From Felis catus (taxonomy: Eukaryota), in NCBI RefSeq assembly GCF_018350175.1, contig NC_058368.1:81594001-81658000 (forward strand): a DNA stretch of 64,000 nucleotides. The letters are read 5' to 3'. Position 1 is the stretch's first letter, and each line of letters starts with the position of its first letter. The notes below the pieces were generated by a model. The model was given only the letters and a program-made list of their open reading frames with translations. It made no database searches and had not been told where the DNA came from. Below are positions 49,507-61,809 of the stretch, piece after piece. The position numbers were made by a program, and so were the translations under genes.

Positions 49507-51358
49507 CTAAAAGAAGGAGAGAGCATTTCCTACCTCCAAACACGCAGACCATTCTCTTGAAACACAACACACTGCTGGAAATGTTCCTAAAATTCCTATA
49601 TTGAGTTACATGCTAGAAATCTGAGCTAGACGCACGACATCGCCCTACCAGAATCCATCCACCGACCAGTCCAAGGCCTCTTTGGGATGTTTAGGCTGCC
49701 ATTCAGGCTCTCACTGGCACCTCCCACATATTTCTCAGCCTAAAGACCAAAATCTACTTGACTTTTCTTCACAAGCACATAACATACATGACCCATCTAA
49801 AACCAATGAAATTCACGACTAATTTTAACTTTGAACTTGAACTTAACACCTTTCATTCACTCAGCACTTGCAGGGCACAGCAATTTAAACTCTGGAGGAC
49901 CATCCTTCTATATCCTCGCTTGTCTCCCAGCCTTCACGGTGTTCGACACGAAAAGAAGTATCATCATTTGCAAATTAATTTCAAACATACAAAAACATCA
50001 AGTCCAAGGCAAGAGTAAAAAGGTCAAGACTGCCTGTGATAACTTCGAGAACGTGTCAGAGCTGGTCTCTGAACAGCTGACTTCTCAGGATGTGTGTTTT
50101 GACAAGTGTAATGAAATGTCATTTCCCGGGAACCCAACACAAAAATGAAAATCTCAACAGCACTACTGCTCCTAAGGGGCAGAACTCAGATTCAGTACCA
50201 GAGCAATACTGCTGGGCCCATCTGCAACCACTAATGAAGTGACACAGGAAAGAAGACCCCAAAAACAGCCCTCCCTCTTCTCTATTTTCATGGGGAAAAA
50301 GTCATCAACACACTTGTTAAACTAGGATTTTCAATACAGTTCTAAATTTCAGAGAAAAATTCTAAGGGACCATTTCAGTTCAAAGTCCTCTATACAGCGC
50401 TTTGTTTTTGTTGTTTTCTTCAAATTGTAAGGTAAAAATGACAAAGTCTATTTAGTTTACTCTTTTAGCCAGAATACAAGTCAGAGATTAAATCTGTAGA
50501 ATATGTTGCACTGTCTTTCCAGAACACCACATTCCACTTACAACGCACATGTGGTGCACTTGAACACGAGTGTACTTATGTCACACAACGATTAGTATTA
50601 TGCTCATGTGGAACACACATGACTGTAAATCTCTTTAGTCACTGTTCTGGAAAAGTACCCACTTTGTAACAGTCTGCTCTAATGTGATTTCCAGGATCGA
50701 ACCATGTGTAGAAATATACAAAAAGATAAAGAAAACCAAATTTCCAAGTCCACTACTGTATTAGCCACTGCTTTTCTCTCAACCACAAACTCTGCATCTC
50801 CTGGAAAAGGGAGAGCTGATGGCATGCTGACCATGCACTCCCAGAGCCCCTCCTCTTAATCTGTGAGTGCCACAATTCTCAGTTTGAAGATAACAGCACT
50901 TGAGGATGAGACAACTTTATTTTAGTTTACTTATTTTTTAAATAATTTAATAAAGAGAATAGCATAGATCAGTAAAGCAGACAATATTCACTGAGAGATA
51001 AAAATGGGAACACCGCAAGGGAAATGTCAGTCAGTTACCAAATGAAAGGCCCGTCCTATTACGCTTCTGAACGGAGGCCTTCACTAATATGCACTTGCAT
51101 TAACAGGGAAAGGGTTGGCCAAAAATCATTACAGTCAACCATGACTAGAAGTGGGAAGAATTCCCATGTGAAACAAGAGTTTTGGGGAAGAATAAAATCT
51201 TAGGAGAAAGCATATCAGACACAGTGCCTGCAACATTTCTGGCACATACGAGGCCCTAAAGATAGTTTCAGTGAACACACAAAATGCCTTCCTACAAACC
51301 TGAGGATTCTGCTATTTCTACTGCTGATAAGCAGCCTACGCCCGCGAGCCCGACTCAC

Positions 51359-51576
51359 CCCGGCAAGAGAGACTGTGGCGGTGGGGTCGGGCCATTCAGG
51401 GCGTACACGCCAATACTACTGATGCCGCTGCTCCCCACGCTGCCCGAGCTCTGTGCCGACTGTGTACCGCGGTCCTGGTAGTTCAGCGGGAGCGTCTGCG
51501 GCCTGGCGTAGTAGTAGGGAGTCGAGTGCGCATCTCTCGGCAACGCTTGAGCAAATAACGCAGCATAGCTGGAGAC
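51359..51576 (-). CDS. TUBGCP3: TUBGCP3 exon 5 (218 nt): [27 protein letters not shown]...QSLLP(G)
   Basis: Acceptor ttttcag, donor GTGAGT; within ORF 51355..51612. Confidence 0.96.
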
Positions 51577-51681
51577 CTGAAAAGAATAGAGAGATATGAA
51601 ATCACAGAACACTTCCTAAATCAACAGAGATGATTTATACGCAAGTTTTAGTTCTTTCTGTAATTGATTTGGTACTGTTCT

Positions 51682-51859
51682 TAAAAAATTTATTTTGCGA
51701 GAGTGAGCGAGAGAGCACGAGAGGGCGGGAGAGACTCCCAAGCAGGCTCCGTACTGTCAGTGCAAAGGACGCAGGGTTCGAACTCACGAGCCGTGAGATC
51801 ATGACCTGAGCCAAGATCAGGAGTCGGATGCCTAACCGACTGAGCCCCCCTGGCATCCC
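51682..51859 (-). mobile_element. CAN-SINE
   Basis: Head on the minus strand ending near 51859. Confidence 0.9.
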
Positions 51860-52077
51860 TGGGACACTGTTGTATTTGAGGTAATAACAACCCTGGAAAA
51901 CATCTTAAGAAAAAGCAGTGCACTGACTACAGAAAGAAAGAAAACAAAATCAACCAGACAAGTTACTATTTTCTTAAGTACAGAAGCCGATTCCTGTCAC
52001 GATTGGGCATGCCTGTGCCGACAAGACAGAAGCTGCTTCGCGAAGGGCGCTGGCTGTGAGGACAGCCTCTCTCTCAC

Positions 52078-52155
52078 CTTGTTTGGCTGCTTGCGTGGAT
52101 CCTCACTAAGGCTGAGCAAGAGGTAGAGAATTGACCATTTATTTTTCAAAACTCC
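52078..52155 (-). CDS. TUBGCP3: TUBGCP3 exon 4 (78 nt): [26 protein letters not shown]
   Basis: Acceptor aaacag, donor GTGAGA. Confidence 0.95.
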
Positions 52156-52272
52156 CTGTTTAAAAAGAAAACATTAACAGAATAACTTTGTACTGCTCTC
52201 CAGTTTCATGTAACTTTCTCCTCAATTATCCTTATTTCCAAAACGGAAATGTATTTTAAAAGCCACATGGTA

Positions 52273-52459
52273 GCACTGGGTGTTGTATGTAAGTGATGTG
52301 TCACTCAACTCTACTCCTGAAATCATCATTACACCATACGTTAACTAACATGGATGTAAATTAAAAACATAATAAGATAAAATAAAACAAAATAAAAATT
52401 AAACGTAGAACTGTACTTGGTACACAGAAGTTAATCAAAACCAAAAAAATAAATACATT
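52273..52459 (+). mobile_element. Short carnivore L1 3' terminus with an extra 3' segment
   Basis: gcactgggtgttgtatgtaagtgat...ctactcctgaaatc... (shares motifs with the L1 end at 39530-39590); flanking repeat cacatggta (52264-52272 / 52460-52468). Confidence 0.8.
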
Positions 52460-53269
52460 CACATGGTAACAGCATATCTAAATTTGTTCATTTTTCAGGT
52501 ATTGCAAACAGTGCCACCCATTACAAAGCTACAAGCCCTATTCTCAAGAGGTCATTACCCTTGGATCATTTCACCCGCTGAAAACTAACTCCAAAGTCCC
52601 CAATGAGAACATGTTTTTAAACTACCCTATTCCTGAATAATAGCATTTCCCCTTAAAATAATTCTTAGAATAACCAACTTCCTAAACATAGTCGTTTTAA
52701 GGCAAATGCCATCATAAAATAGGTGAACGCTTTTTTCCCCTTTTACCAAAGTCCCGTGTAGGCCATAGAGGATTAAATAAAAAAAAAGAGAAATTGTAAA
52801 GCACACGATGTAAGTCGGCATGCTGCACACCTAACTTGAGGTTCCGAAGTAAGAGTGGTCGACAAGAAACCCCAGTTTTCTGGGTAATTAGCACACGGAT
52901 TGCATGGACTGTCTACTGCTCCACCCTGACTCAGCCCTGACAACAGCCCACCCTCCAGTCACGTGCAAACTCGAGTTTGCAGAGCGTTTCTACTCTCTTC
53001 TCACGGCCTTACCTCTGGGACGCACACGCTAGAATACAAAAATAACTTTATTTACAAAACACATTATGGGATGGCTGCTTTACACAAGGTCCTCATTATA
53101 GAGAATATTCCTTGAAAGTTTCTTTAAAGAAAAAGCTTATCTCAGGTATTTAAATTACGGTCTAACTTTAAAAATCTGAATTACACACAATTTTCCAGAA
53201 ATGATAAACTGCCCAGCTAGCACAACACGGGGAACAAAGAGACCCCGACAAACAGACAGCAAACAGACA

Positions 53270-54330
53270 AATGAGCAAACACACTTCGGTAGGTACGGGA
53301 CATTTCAGAGAGAGGAGGGTCACTCAAGTGGCTCAGGCTAATGAAAGGACCCCCAGAGGGGATGGGGTCTTCGAGAAGGGTGGGCGGAGCACACGCACAG
53401 GAAGGGGCAGGCACGGAAGGAAATGTATTTTAGGGAATGAAGACAGGTACACCTGGCCACAGCCAGGCATGAGACGGAACGGAAAACGGAATGAAGCATC
53501 AGGTCAGAGGGGTCTCACGTGCGGGACCAGAAAGCCTGACCACAGGGAGCCCCTGAAGGTGTGACTGCACCTGCGGCCAGGCCCAGGAGGCTGGACTGCA
53601 GAGGACACAAAAGGAGACGCAGTCATTCGGGAGGAAAGGGCCAAGGGCCGGCTGGCATTCGGTGACTGAGGACCCACCCAGGGAACCTTCACAGTCCCCT
53701 GTGAGCAGGTCCCGGGCTCCCAGGGCTAGGTGACCCCTCGGGTGCAGCACCGAGGGCCAAAGCCCATCCTCCTGCCTCCCGTCTCCCTGAAGGGTTGGAG
53801 GCAGATGAGCTCCCGTTGCTGCCGTGGAAAGGAGGGCCCCGTGGGATGGACGCCCTCCCACATGCCTCCTCTTGCACCCTCACCACCACTCTGGGACGTG
53901 GGCAGAAGCAAAGGTGAGCACCTAACTCCCCTACCAAAATCACCAAGCCGTGCACTGGGAGGCCAACCGCAGGGCGCCGGACTCCAGATGGCACAGGAGA
54001 GAGGCATGCTTGAGAGAACAATTAATAAGGCTTGGGGACAGAGCGAATTTGGGGAGAGCAGTGGAGTCGACGTGACATTCGGGTTTCCAGCTTTTGGCAC
54101 TTGAATAATGTCATCATTCACCAGAAAATGGGGAAGGGCAGGGGTGTGCGTGGGTGCATGTGAACGGATGCCTGGAGTATGGAAAAAGACAAAAAATGCT
54201 CCTTTCAGTTCTGAGAATGTCAAGCTGCAAGGCCTTGTGGGAGTTTCCTGAGGGGCATGTGCGTAGAGATGCCCAGAAGGCATCAGGAAGGCAACGGGAG
54301 GTCCCTCTGGGCAGCGAGTTCTGGGTTAGA
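53270..54330 (-). mobile_element. L2 remnant(s)
   Basis: Purine-rich degenerate L2-like motifs; boundaries approximate. Confidence 0.45.
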
Positions 54331-55084
54331 GCCTCAGTTCTTGCTTTAGAAAAATAAGGACAATTTATGGGGTGGAGAGCAGAGAAAATTCCAAATCCAA
54401 ACAAAATCATACACCAAAAACAATCAGCAAATGGCATTTTTAAAGGAGGAGGCAGTATTCTTTTACCATAAGAACAGGTATGTAAACACACACGCTGGGC
54501 CTGGAGAGCGTCTGACGGAGGGACTGCGCAGAGGCGTGGACGGACCAGGGAAACAGGACGGCACAACGCCGGCAGGGACCACGGCCAGGATGGAGGCCTG
54601 AGGGACCAGGGAGGAGATGGGCCACCAGAGCCAATGAGCCGGGGGTGCAGGGCGCGGGCAGGGGAACGGTCCGCGGGGCCCAGTGGCACAGCAGAGCCAC
54701 TGCCAAGCCACTGCCTATCAGGAGGAGGGCGGCTTGGCCTCACTCCCCTCCCGCCCCATCAGTTCTGAGTGAAGACACCCCGAAGCAGGGCAGAGAAGGA
54801 CAAGGGAGCCCCAGGGGGGCCATCCCGAGCCCAAAGCAGGGCAGGGAAGGGTGGAGAGAGAGATCTGCTGGGGCAAGCGGGCTGAACAACTCCAGCATCA
54901 CAGACGTTTCAATGCTTCTAAACCACTTCAGACCCCATTATTTTAGATTTTGAAATCTAAGGACCTTGATTCAGACTCGAGACTTTAAATGTACACACGT
55001 ATCGAATTCTAAATGTCAGAATGCACGCCAGGGCACTGTAAGATCTGGAGGAACACCCACACAAGTGGGTCTGTGAAGCAGTTA

Positions 55085-55660
55085 GACACCTAGCTTCTTC
55101 CAGCGTCCATACCCCGCCCGCCAAGGTTCACCTCTTCCAAGACCCTCACCGCTGCCCACGCCACCCCCTCATGCCTGCCCTTCTCCCGGCGCCCTCCACA
55201 AGGCACGGGCTGCCCTCCCCCAGACAGCCATCCTCCTCTGTCCACAGCTCCGTCAACCACACTGAAGACTGCAGCCCAGGACCACTGGGACCCCTTCCCC
55301 GACCACTCCACACTGCACCACAGGCCTCCATCACCTCCCCGATCCTGCCCAGACCTCAACTGCACCCCCCCGCCACACCTCGCATGGCATGCACTACCGA
55401 GAAGGGTACCCAGTGAGGAGAGAGGACAGAACAGGGAAACCAAGAACTGGATGTTTTAGCACAAAGATGGGCCGGCTGTTCATCTGCACGTATGTTCCTC
55501 ATCTGGTTAATTACTAGCGCTGTACTATCGTGTCCTCACATTGCTCATCCCGTGTCAGCCACCGGCCGAACCACGCGCTGCTTCTAGGGGCGAGAGCCCT
55601 AGGAAGCCAGCTCTGCTTCACCACACTGCTCAGGGATAAGCACTCAGTGTTCCAAACAAA
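55085..55660 (+). mobile_element. L2 remnant(s)
   Basis: C-rich L2-like motifs and an L2-like 3' end (gataagcactcagtg). Confidence 0.45.
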
Positions 55661-56361
55661 GTTTTGGAAAACAACCATTTTAAGTTAGAAAGGAGGAGAA
55701 AAACTTGGAAGAGTTAAGAGTTTAATCACTAGCAGCCTTAGGCACAACTCGGGGATTTTGATCGCTGTACTGCGAACTCAGTACTGGATGAGCAAAGCAC
55801 AAAACTTGGGATTTCACGTTCTTCTCTGCGGCAGGAGGGAGACAGATGGACCAAGCTCTCACCCTGTAATTCAGTGAATTTATTGGTGTCCAGAAGGGCA
55901 GCGTCTTCTCCAAAAATAACAGGTCAGAAAACCACGTGTGGCCAAGTCATCAACAATCAATCACAAAATGTTCAAAATCAGAACTGTTTTAGGTCATTCA
56001 CTACAACAGCACAAATTAGGGCCTGAGGAATAATAATGGAGAAGTCGAGCTGTCACCTTACATGCAGCCGAGTCGAGGCTTCTACCAGCTTCCTACCGCA
56101 TGCACAGCCTTCCATCACACGAACTGAGGGCTACCTCATTCTGGTTGCTTTCCCAATGTAGCCTCCTCCACCTTCATAAGCAATTTCCCATTAAATCCAG
56201 CTCAAACCTACTTTTAATCTCGAAAATCTCTTCAAAAGCAAACACCATCTACAATGAAGATCCACTACTCAGCACAGAAAGGTTTAATGTGATCCCACAA
56301 AAAAAGTCCCCACATCCCCAAACCAGCCCGACAGCCTCACGGGCAGTGGCGTGCATGCTAC

Positions 56362-56429
56362 CTGTGAGTGAAGCTTTCTGTGGAGCTCTGAAAACAACGC
56401 AGCGTCCGCTTCTCTTCTCTGCCGAATAA
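56362..56429 (-). CDS. TUBGCP3: TUBGCP3 exon 3 (68 nt): (L)[22 protein letters not shown]
   Basis: Acceptor ttttcag, donor GTAGCA; phase continuous with exons 2 and 4. Confidence 0.95.
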
Positions 56430-57423
56430 CTGAAAAGTTAGAAAAGAAAGCGACGTGTTAGTCACCTACACCAAAACTCCTTCTAGGACACTATTTCACC
56501 CACGGTCACAGGTAGCTGAAGTCTGAAAAGAATCCTGAGCTTAAGAATCAGAATAATGAGTGACATTTCGGCTCCGTGAATTTGGTCAATTCCTTTGATC
56601 TGACATTTGCAAAATGCTGACAGTATTAGGCTGGAATCAGAGTCTATGAGAAAGTTAGCTGAAGTAACAGAAACGATGGGACCTTTTAGATTCTACCCAC
56701 CAATATGAACAGGCAATCCAGTGGGGAAGCTACCCCCAGGTTAACTAGTCGATGGCTACTGGAAGGACAGATGTAAAGTAAAAATACCTTGGGAATGGTA
56801 AATTCAAAGGGCAATAACCAACAAGCCTATCATTCATGATAGCTTGACCTAAAACCACACATTCTAAGCATTTCTGTTAACACGCACAGCAATATTAGTA
56901 AATGTCTTCAGATGCCTGCAGCTACACTCACTAGTTCCCCGGAAGCCACAGTAATGCGCGCAAAGCCCATGCTCCAATCGGTTCCACAAAGGACGAGACT
57001 CCACATTGGACCTGGGCCCCAAAGGAGAGGGCCACACTCGCCCACACCCACAACCCTGCACATACCATGGGCACACAAGCGCCCCTCACAAGAACCCCAT
57101 ACCTGCCCCATACCTGCCACAGCAGAAAAGGCACCACTTTCGAAATCTAGCTAACAGTTTCTCCAGCCTCCAGGGAATCACCCAGCAGGACTCGTTTCTT
57201 AAAATCCCAACAGCCAAGTTCACTTAACTCTAAGCTGGTTTGCAGAAAGACAGTGACTGGTGTGATAGCCAATACTTTTTCACATGTATCGCCAGGAAAG
57301 GGTCTTGGTATTCACGTTCTGCTCTTGTGAATCACACACCAGAGGTTACATCATCCCGTTCACATGTCAGGTCTGCCTGTGCACAAAGGTAAGGCTCTCT
57401 TTAACATGTATGTCCTGTTTACT

Positions 57424-57640
57424 GGGCGCCTGGGGGGCACAGTCGGCTGAGCATCCAACTCGACTTGGGCTCAAGTCATGATCCCAGGGTTGTGAGATCG
57501 AGCCTCATGTCAGGCTCTGCACTGGCAGTGTGGAGCCTATGTGAGATTCTCTCTCGCCCTCTCTCTCTGACCCTTCTCCCCCCACGCCGAGTAGGTGCAT
57601 GCACTCCCTAAAATAAATTTTAAAAAAAAATTTTAATTTT
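57424..57640 (+). mobile_element. CAN-SINE
   Basis: Head, CT tract, tail. Confidence 0.9.
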
Positions 57641-57771
57641 TAATGTGTTGTTACAAAATGCATTAAACTAAACAAATGCAATTAACATTTAATAATATAA
57701 TTTACTCCCTTTAAAAACATATAAAAATACTCCAAATAAATACAGTCATTAAATTAAGCAAGAGATGCTCT

Positions 57772-57990
57772 GGGGCACCTGGGTGGCTCAATCAGATGAG
57801 CATCTGACTCTTGACTTTGGCTCAGGTCATGATCCCAGGGTTGTGGGCTCGAGCCCTGCATTGGACTCCATGCTGAGCATGAGGCCTGCTTAGGATTCTC
57901 TCCCTCTGCCCACCTCCCCCCAACTCGTGAGTGCTAACTAGCTCTCTCTCTCTCTCTCTCTCTCTCAAATTAAAAACAACAACAAAAAAA
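57772..57990 (+). mobile_element. CAN-SINE
   Basis: Head, (CT)n, tail. Confidence 0.9.
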
Positions 57991-58466
57991 ATTAAGAGAG
58001 GTTCTTTCTACAGAATGACAGAATGAGATCAATACTAATGCACAGATACAAAATAACCGTGGGACAATGAAACAGTAAATAATACAAATAAAAATAAACA
58101 GAATATTTACCCCCAAAAATGTTTTACCTAATAGATTGCAAAACAAATCTTTAGTTACAAGGTACCCCACTGACCAACATGAAACATTAAAAAACAAATA
58201 GGTGTTAAATTTTGTCACACATGAGAGAAGTTTTACAATTTGTTACAATATAATACATACTACCGTTTTATATTCTAAGTGGGCCATATAAAATAGAAAA
58301 TTATTTTGTGTTGTTCAAGAGGTCAGAACTACCCCAACTCAGCATATCTACCAAAAACTGTAATCAAATTTCAAAAGTGCTAAAATGTAAACACTGTATC
58401 TAAGAATTAACCAAATACGAAGTACAAGAACTCGGTGGTGACCATTACATGAAAAGACCATCAGAA

Positions 58467-58590
58467 ACGCTCTCCCCACAGCGGGGCCGCCCCGGACCCG
58501 GGGCCCAGGGAGGGTGACGCTCTCCCCACGGCAGGCCCAGAGAGGGTGATGCTGTCCCCACGGCGGGGCCGCCCCACAGCAGGGTCCAGG
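58467..58590. repeat. Imperfect GC-rich tandem repeat (about 3 copies of acgctctccccac.gc...ggcc...gagggtg)
   Basis: Read directly. Confidence 0.7.
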
Positions 58591-59931
58591 GACGGTGTCC
58601 GAGAGGAGTGGCGGGCACTCGGTGGTAAGAGGCAGAGAGGGGCAGGGAGGCGCACTGTGGCAAGATACAGGTCTTTCTTCAAAAACACAGAGGATACACC
58701 AGAAAAAACCAAACTGTGACGGATACAGCTTTCTTCTTCAAGAAAGTCCAAGACTTCCTTGCCATATCCACTCCAACAACGTCACTGCCAGTTCCGTAAC
58801 TCTCAGCCTAGACAAACTTTATTTTTAACTACTACACAGGTAATGTGCTCACCAGGTGGCCTCGAAACATCAAGCTGCAAAGGGAAGGTTCTGTGAACAC
58901 AGACCTAACAGCTGGGGTGGTCGCTCATCTACAGTCTGACATATAAGAACGATCTGAGATGTAATTAATAGTCATCAGGGTTCAGAAAGAGTACAGCGTT
59001 CTTACGTTTAGTTTCATTTACCGAATAAAAATAAGTTTTTAGAGGTTAATAGCAGGAAAAATACTCCAGCCCCTACGTTAAATAACACATCACGCTGCAT
59101 AACACCAGGGGCTGAGTTACCTCAGTGGACGGGCACTTTCACCCCTGACTGCTCACGGGGCCCAAGCGTGCCAGGGCGAGGACCGCAAGGTCCAAGCACT
59201 TGCGTGTCAGGACCGCCTCCCGTCCAGCTCGGTTACGCACCATGCAGCAGGACGTCACAGACCACCGGCCAAACCCAGTGAACCAAGCCACCAGCTGGGG
59301 GTGGCGAACCGTGCCATGAAGAATGGAAATTCTAGACGGCGTCACCACCAGTTTGCCAGCACGGTCGGAAGTGCAAAGCTCACTGCGTCTGGGCAATGGA
59401 CAGCCAGGCCTCAGCAGGGAGAACGCGCTGACAGGGCCTGCTTTCCTGGCGCGGAGCCTAGAGAACCGTGAGGGGCTGGGAACTGGTCTCTGGAGAAAAA
59501 CAACCCTCCAACCGGCACAAGAGAAATATTTGCACGTGGGTACCTGTGCTCCAAGCCTCCCTCCCTCACACAGTCCTGCAGGGCAGAGGGCAGCAAAGCC
59601 CCACCTCACACAGAGCACACACCAGCACCCCGGTGCGAGTAAATGACAGCTTTCTTGTCCAAGGTAATGACATTTAAGAAAGCTTTCAGTATCAGCCCAG
59701 AATGAAAATGTTCACAAAGACCATTCTAAGGTATTAGAAGTTTTAATACTGACAATCCCCAGAAGCCATACTGACCTCTTCACTTCCAACACAGTGTTCT
59801 AGGACATGTGGTCAAAAGGCGCATAATATTAAATACTACAAATCAAAAGATATACAGGAAAATACATGAAGCCCTTTTATCTTCCTCACACTCTCAAATT
59901 ATTCAGTTCTATAGTATTTAAAACAATCCTC

Positions 59932-60125
59932 GGGGAGCCTGGGTGGCTCAGTCAGTTAAGTGTCTGACTTTGGCTCAGGTCATGATCTCACGGTTCGTGG
60001 GTTCAAGCCCCACGTCGGGCTCTGTGCTGACAGCTCAGAGCCTGGAGCCTGCTTCGGATGCTGCGTCTCCCTCTCTCTGCCTCTCCCTTGCTTGCCCTCT
60101 GTCTCTCTCTCTCAAAAATAAACAT
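59932..60125 (+). mobile_element. CAN-SINE
   Basis: Full element about 190 nt into intron 2. Confidence 0.92.
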
Positions 60126-60318
60126 TGCACTATGTTCTGATAAAAATCAGAACGAAGTTGTGCATATTGTTAACACATGTTTTTACATATACGTGATAGT
60201 ACTTATAATCACACTGTGCTTGGGGACCACACGTACACATGCACAGAGATACATACGCATATGCATGTATACAAGTTTCAGAATCCAACACCTGGTAGCG
60301 CTGAAGAAAAATACGTAC

Positions 60319-60426
60319 GTTCTTTCTTGATTTTTTCGGCTACGAGAAATTCATCTCTTTCGACGGTTGGGGCAAAGTTGCTGCCAATAACCCGCACTGC
60401 GTACTGGAACTGCTGGGCTACGTCAG
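60319..60426 (-). CDS. TUBGCP3: TUBGCP3 exon 2 (108 nt): (A)[35 protein letters not shown]
   Basis: Acceptor tttcag, donor GTACGT; translation matches the GCP3 N-terminus. Confidence 0.96.
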
Positions 60427-61351
60427 CTGAAAGGTAAGTAAGAAGATGCAAATTATTGCCAATCAGGCTAAGCTCTGACCAGCTCACGCTTCCAGCCAGA
60501 GACAGCGGGCCGGGCACATAGATCTCCCTCCCAGCTTCCCAAGGTCTTAACTGAGAGAACAGAGAAGCTATTCAGAAACCAAAGCAAATGAATGAATAAA
60601 TGAATATAACGAGAGTTCCAAGAAACAAGAAAGGGAGACAGCAACAGGCCAGGAAGGCTGAAGAATCCCAGACAATGAGCTGGACCGATGATCACAAAAA
60701 CGGGGCAGGGAGAGTCACAGCTGGAACACGGCCCGTGAGAAGTAGCCCATTCGCGAGAACGTCCGAGAAGCTCCAAGGCTGAGGTCAACAAACACAGAAA
60801 ACCAAACTGGGCAGCTAATTTAATAGACAGTGTGCATCTCAGGCACCGATGACGGCTTAACCACGGATGTCTGCCTCTACTTCCTTCAACAACCCCACTA
60901 AACTGACAAAGAATTTTGTGGTTTGCTTGTTTAACAAAAGCAGAAACCCACAAGGGCAAAGAAGACAAGGTAGAAACTGCACCGAACAGAAGTCAGCCAG
61001 TGTGAGAAGCAGCAAAGCAAACGGACGGGTGGGAGCAGGTTCAGGACAGTGAGATGGGCCGTTCCAGGTCTGACTGGAGGGGCAGCAGGGGGTGGAGGGG
61101 GCAGAGCCACCAGTCCCAGCAAGAAACACAGCTCCCTCTGCAGAAGCCCAGGGAGGCTCCGAGGGCAGGGGGCCCCGCTCCTTGGAAGGTGTGAAGGAAC
61201 TGGGGCAGAAGAGGATCAGCAGAAGGTCTGGCTGGACCACAGGCCCCCTGGGGCCTCTCCCCCTTCTGTCCCCCACACAACCACTGACCACCTCACTGGG
61301 CAACTCGCACAGGGCCTGCTGGAAAGGCGCACAAAGGAAAGCAGCAGACTG

Positions 61352-61552
61352 GCTGGTGCCTGGGCAGTTCGGTCGGTTAAGCATCTTGACTCTTGATTTC
61401 AGCTCAGGTCATGATCTCTCAGTTCGTGAGTTTGAGCCCTGCACTGGGCTCTACACTGGGACTCTCTCTCTCTCTCTGCCCCTCCCCTGCTAGCATGTGC
61501 GCTCATGTGCTTTCTCTCTCTCTCAAAATAAATAAATACACTTAAAAAACAA
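61352..61552 (+). mobile_element. CAN-SINE
   Basis: TSD aaag(c/t)agcagactg. Confidence 0.9.
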
Positions 61553-61720
61553 AAAGTAGCAGACTGAACTTAAGGATGCCATCCCTCCTTCCCAGACACG
61601 GGGAGTCACAATTCCTATACAAGGAACACTAGCAAACCCAACACCCCCTACCTTCCCACTGATGTACAACCACCCAGCAGGGCACACCCCAACCTACTCC
61701 AGGCAACACCATTAACATCT

Positions 61721-61802
61721 TAGAGTCGTGAGTTCAAGCTCTGCATTGGGCTCTGCACTCGGCGTGAAGCCTACTTAGAAAGAAAAAAAAAAAAAAAAGA
61801 AA
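61721..61802 (+). mobile_element. 5'-truncated short CAN-SINE with poly(A)
   Basis: gtcgtgagttcaagctctgcattgggctctgcactcggcgtgaagcctactt plus A tail. Confidence 0.8.
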
Positions 61803-61809
61803 GCAACTT

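Larger units (their letters stand above)
2732..60426 (-). other. TUBGCP3: TUBGCP3 gene body, partial: coding exons 2-21 (exon 1 and terminal exon outside the window)
   Basis: 20 exons splice in phase into a continuous ORF ([15 protein letters not shown]...RILAHFYQ) that I recognise as gamma-tubulin complex component 3 (GCP3/Spc98 family); all introns GT-AG. Confidence 0.98.

Noticed and set aside
53726..54743. 185- and 209-aa minus-strand ORFs
   Set aside because: They lie in GC-rich degenerate L2/intronic sequence, with no protein-like features or splice support
2732..60426. Minor (U12) introns or non-canonical splice sites
   Set aside because: All donors are GT without the RTATCCTT signature, and all acceptors are AG
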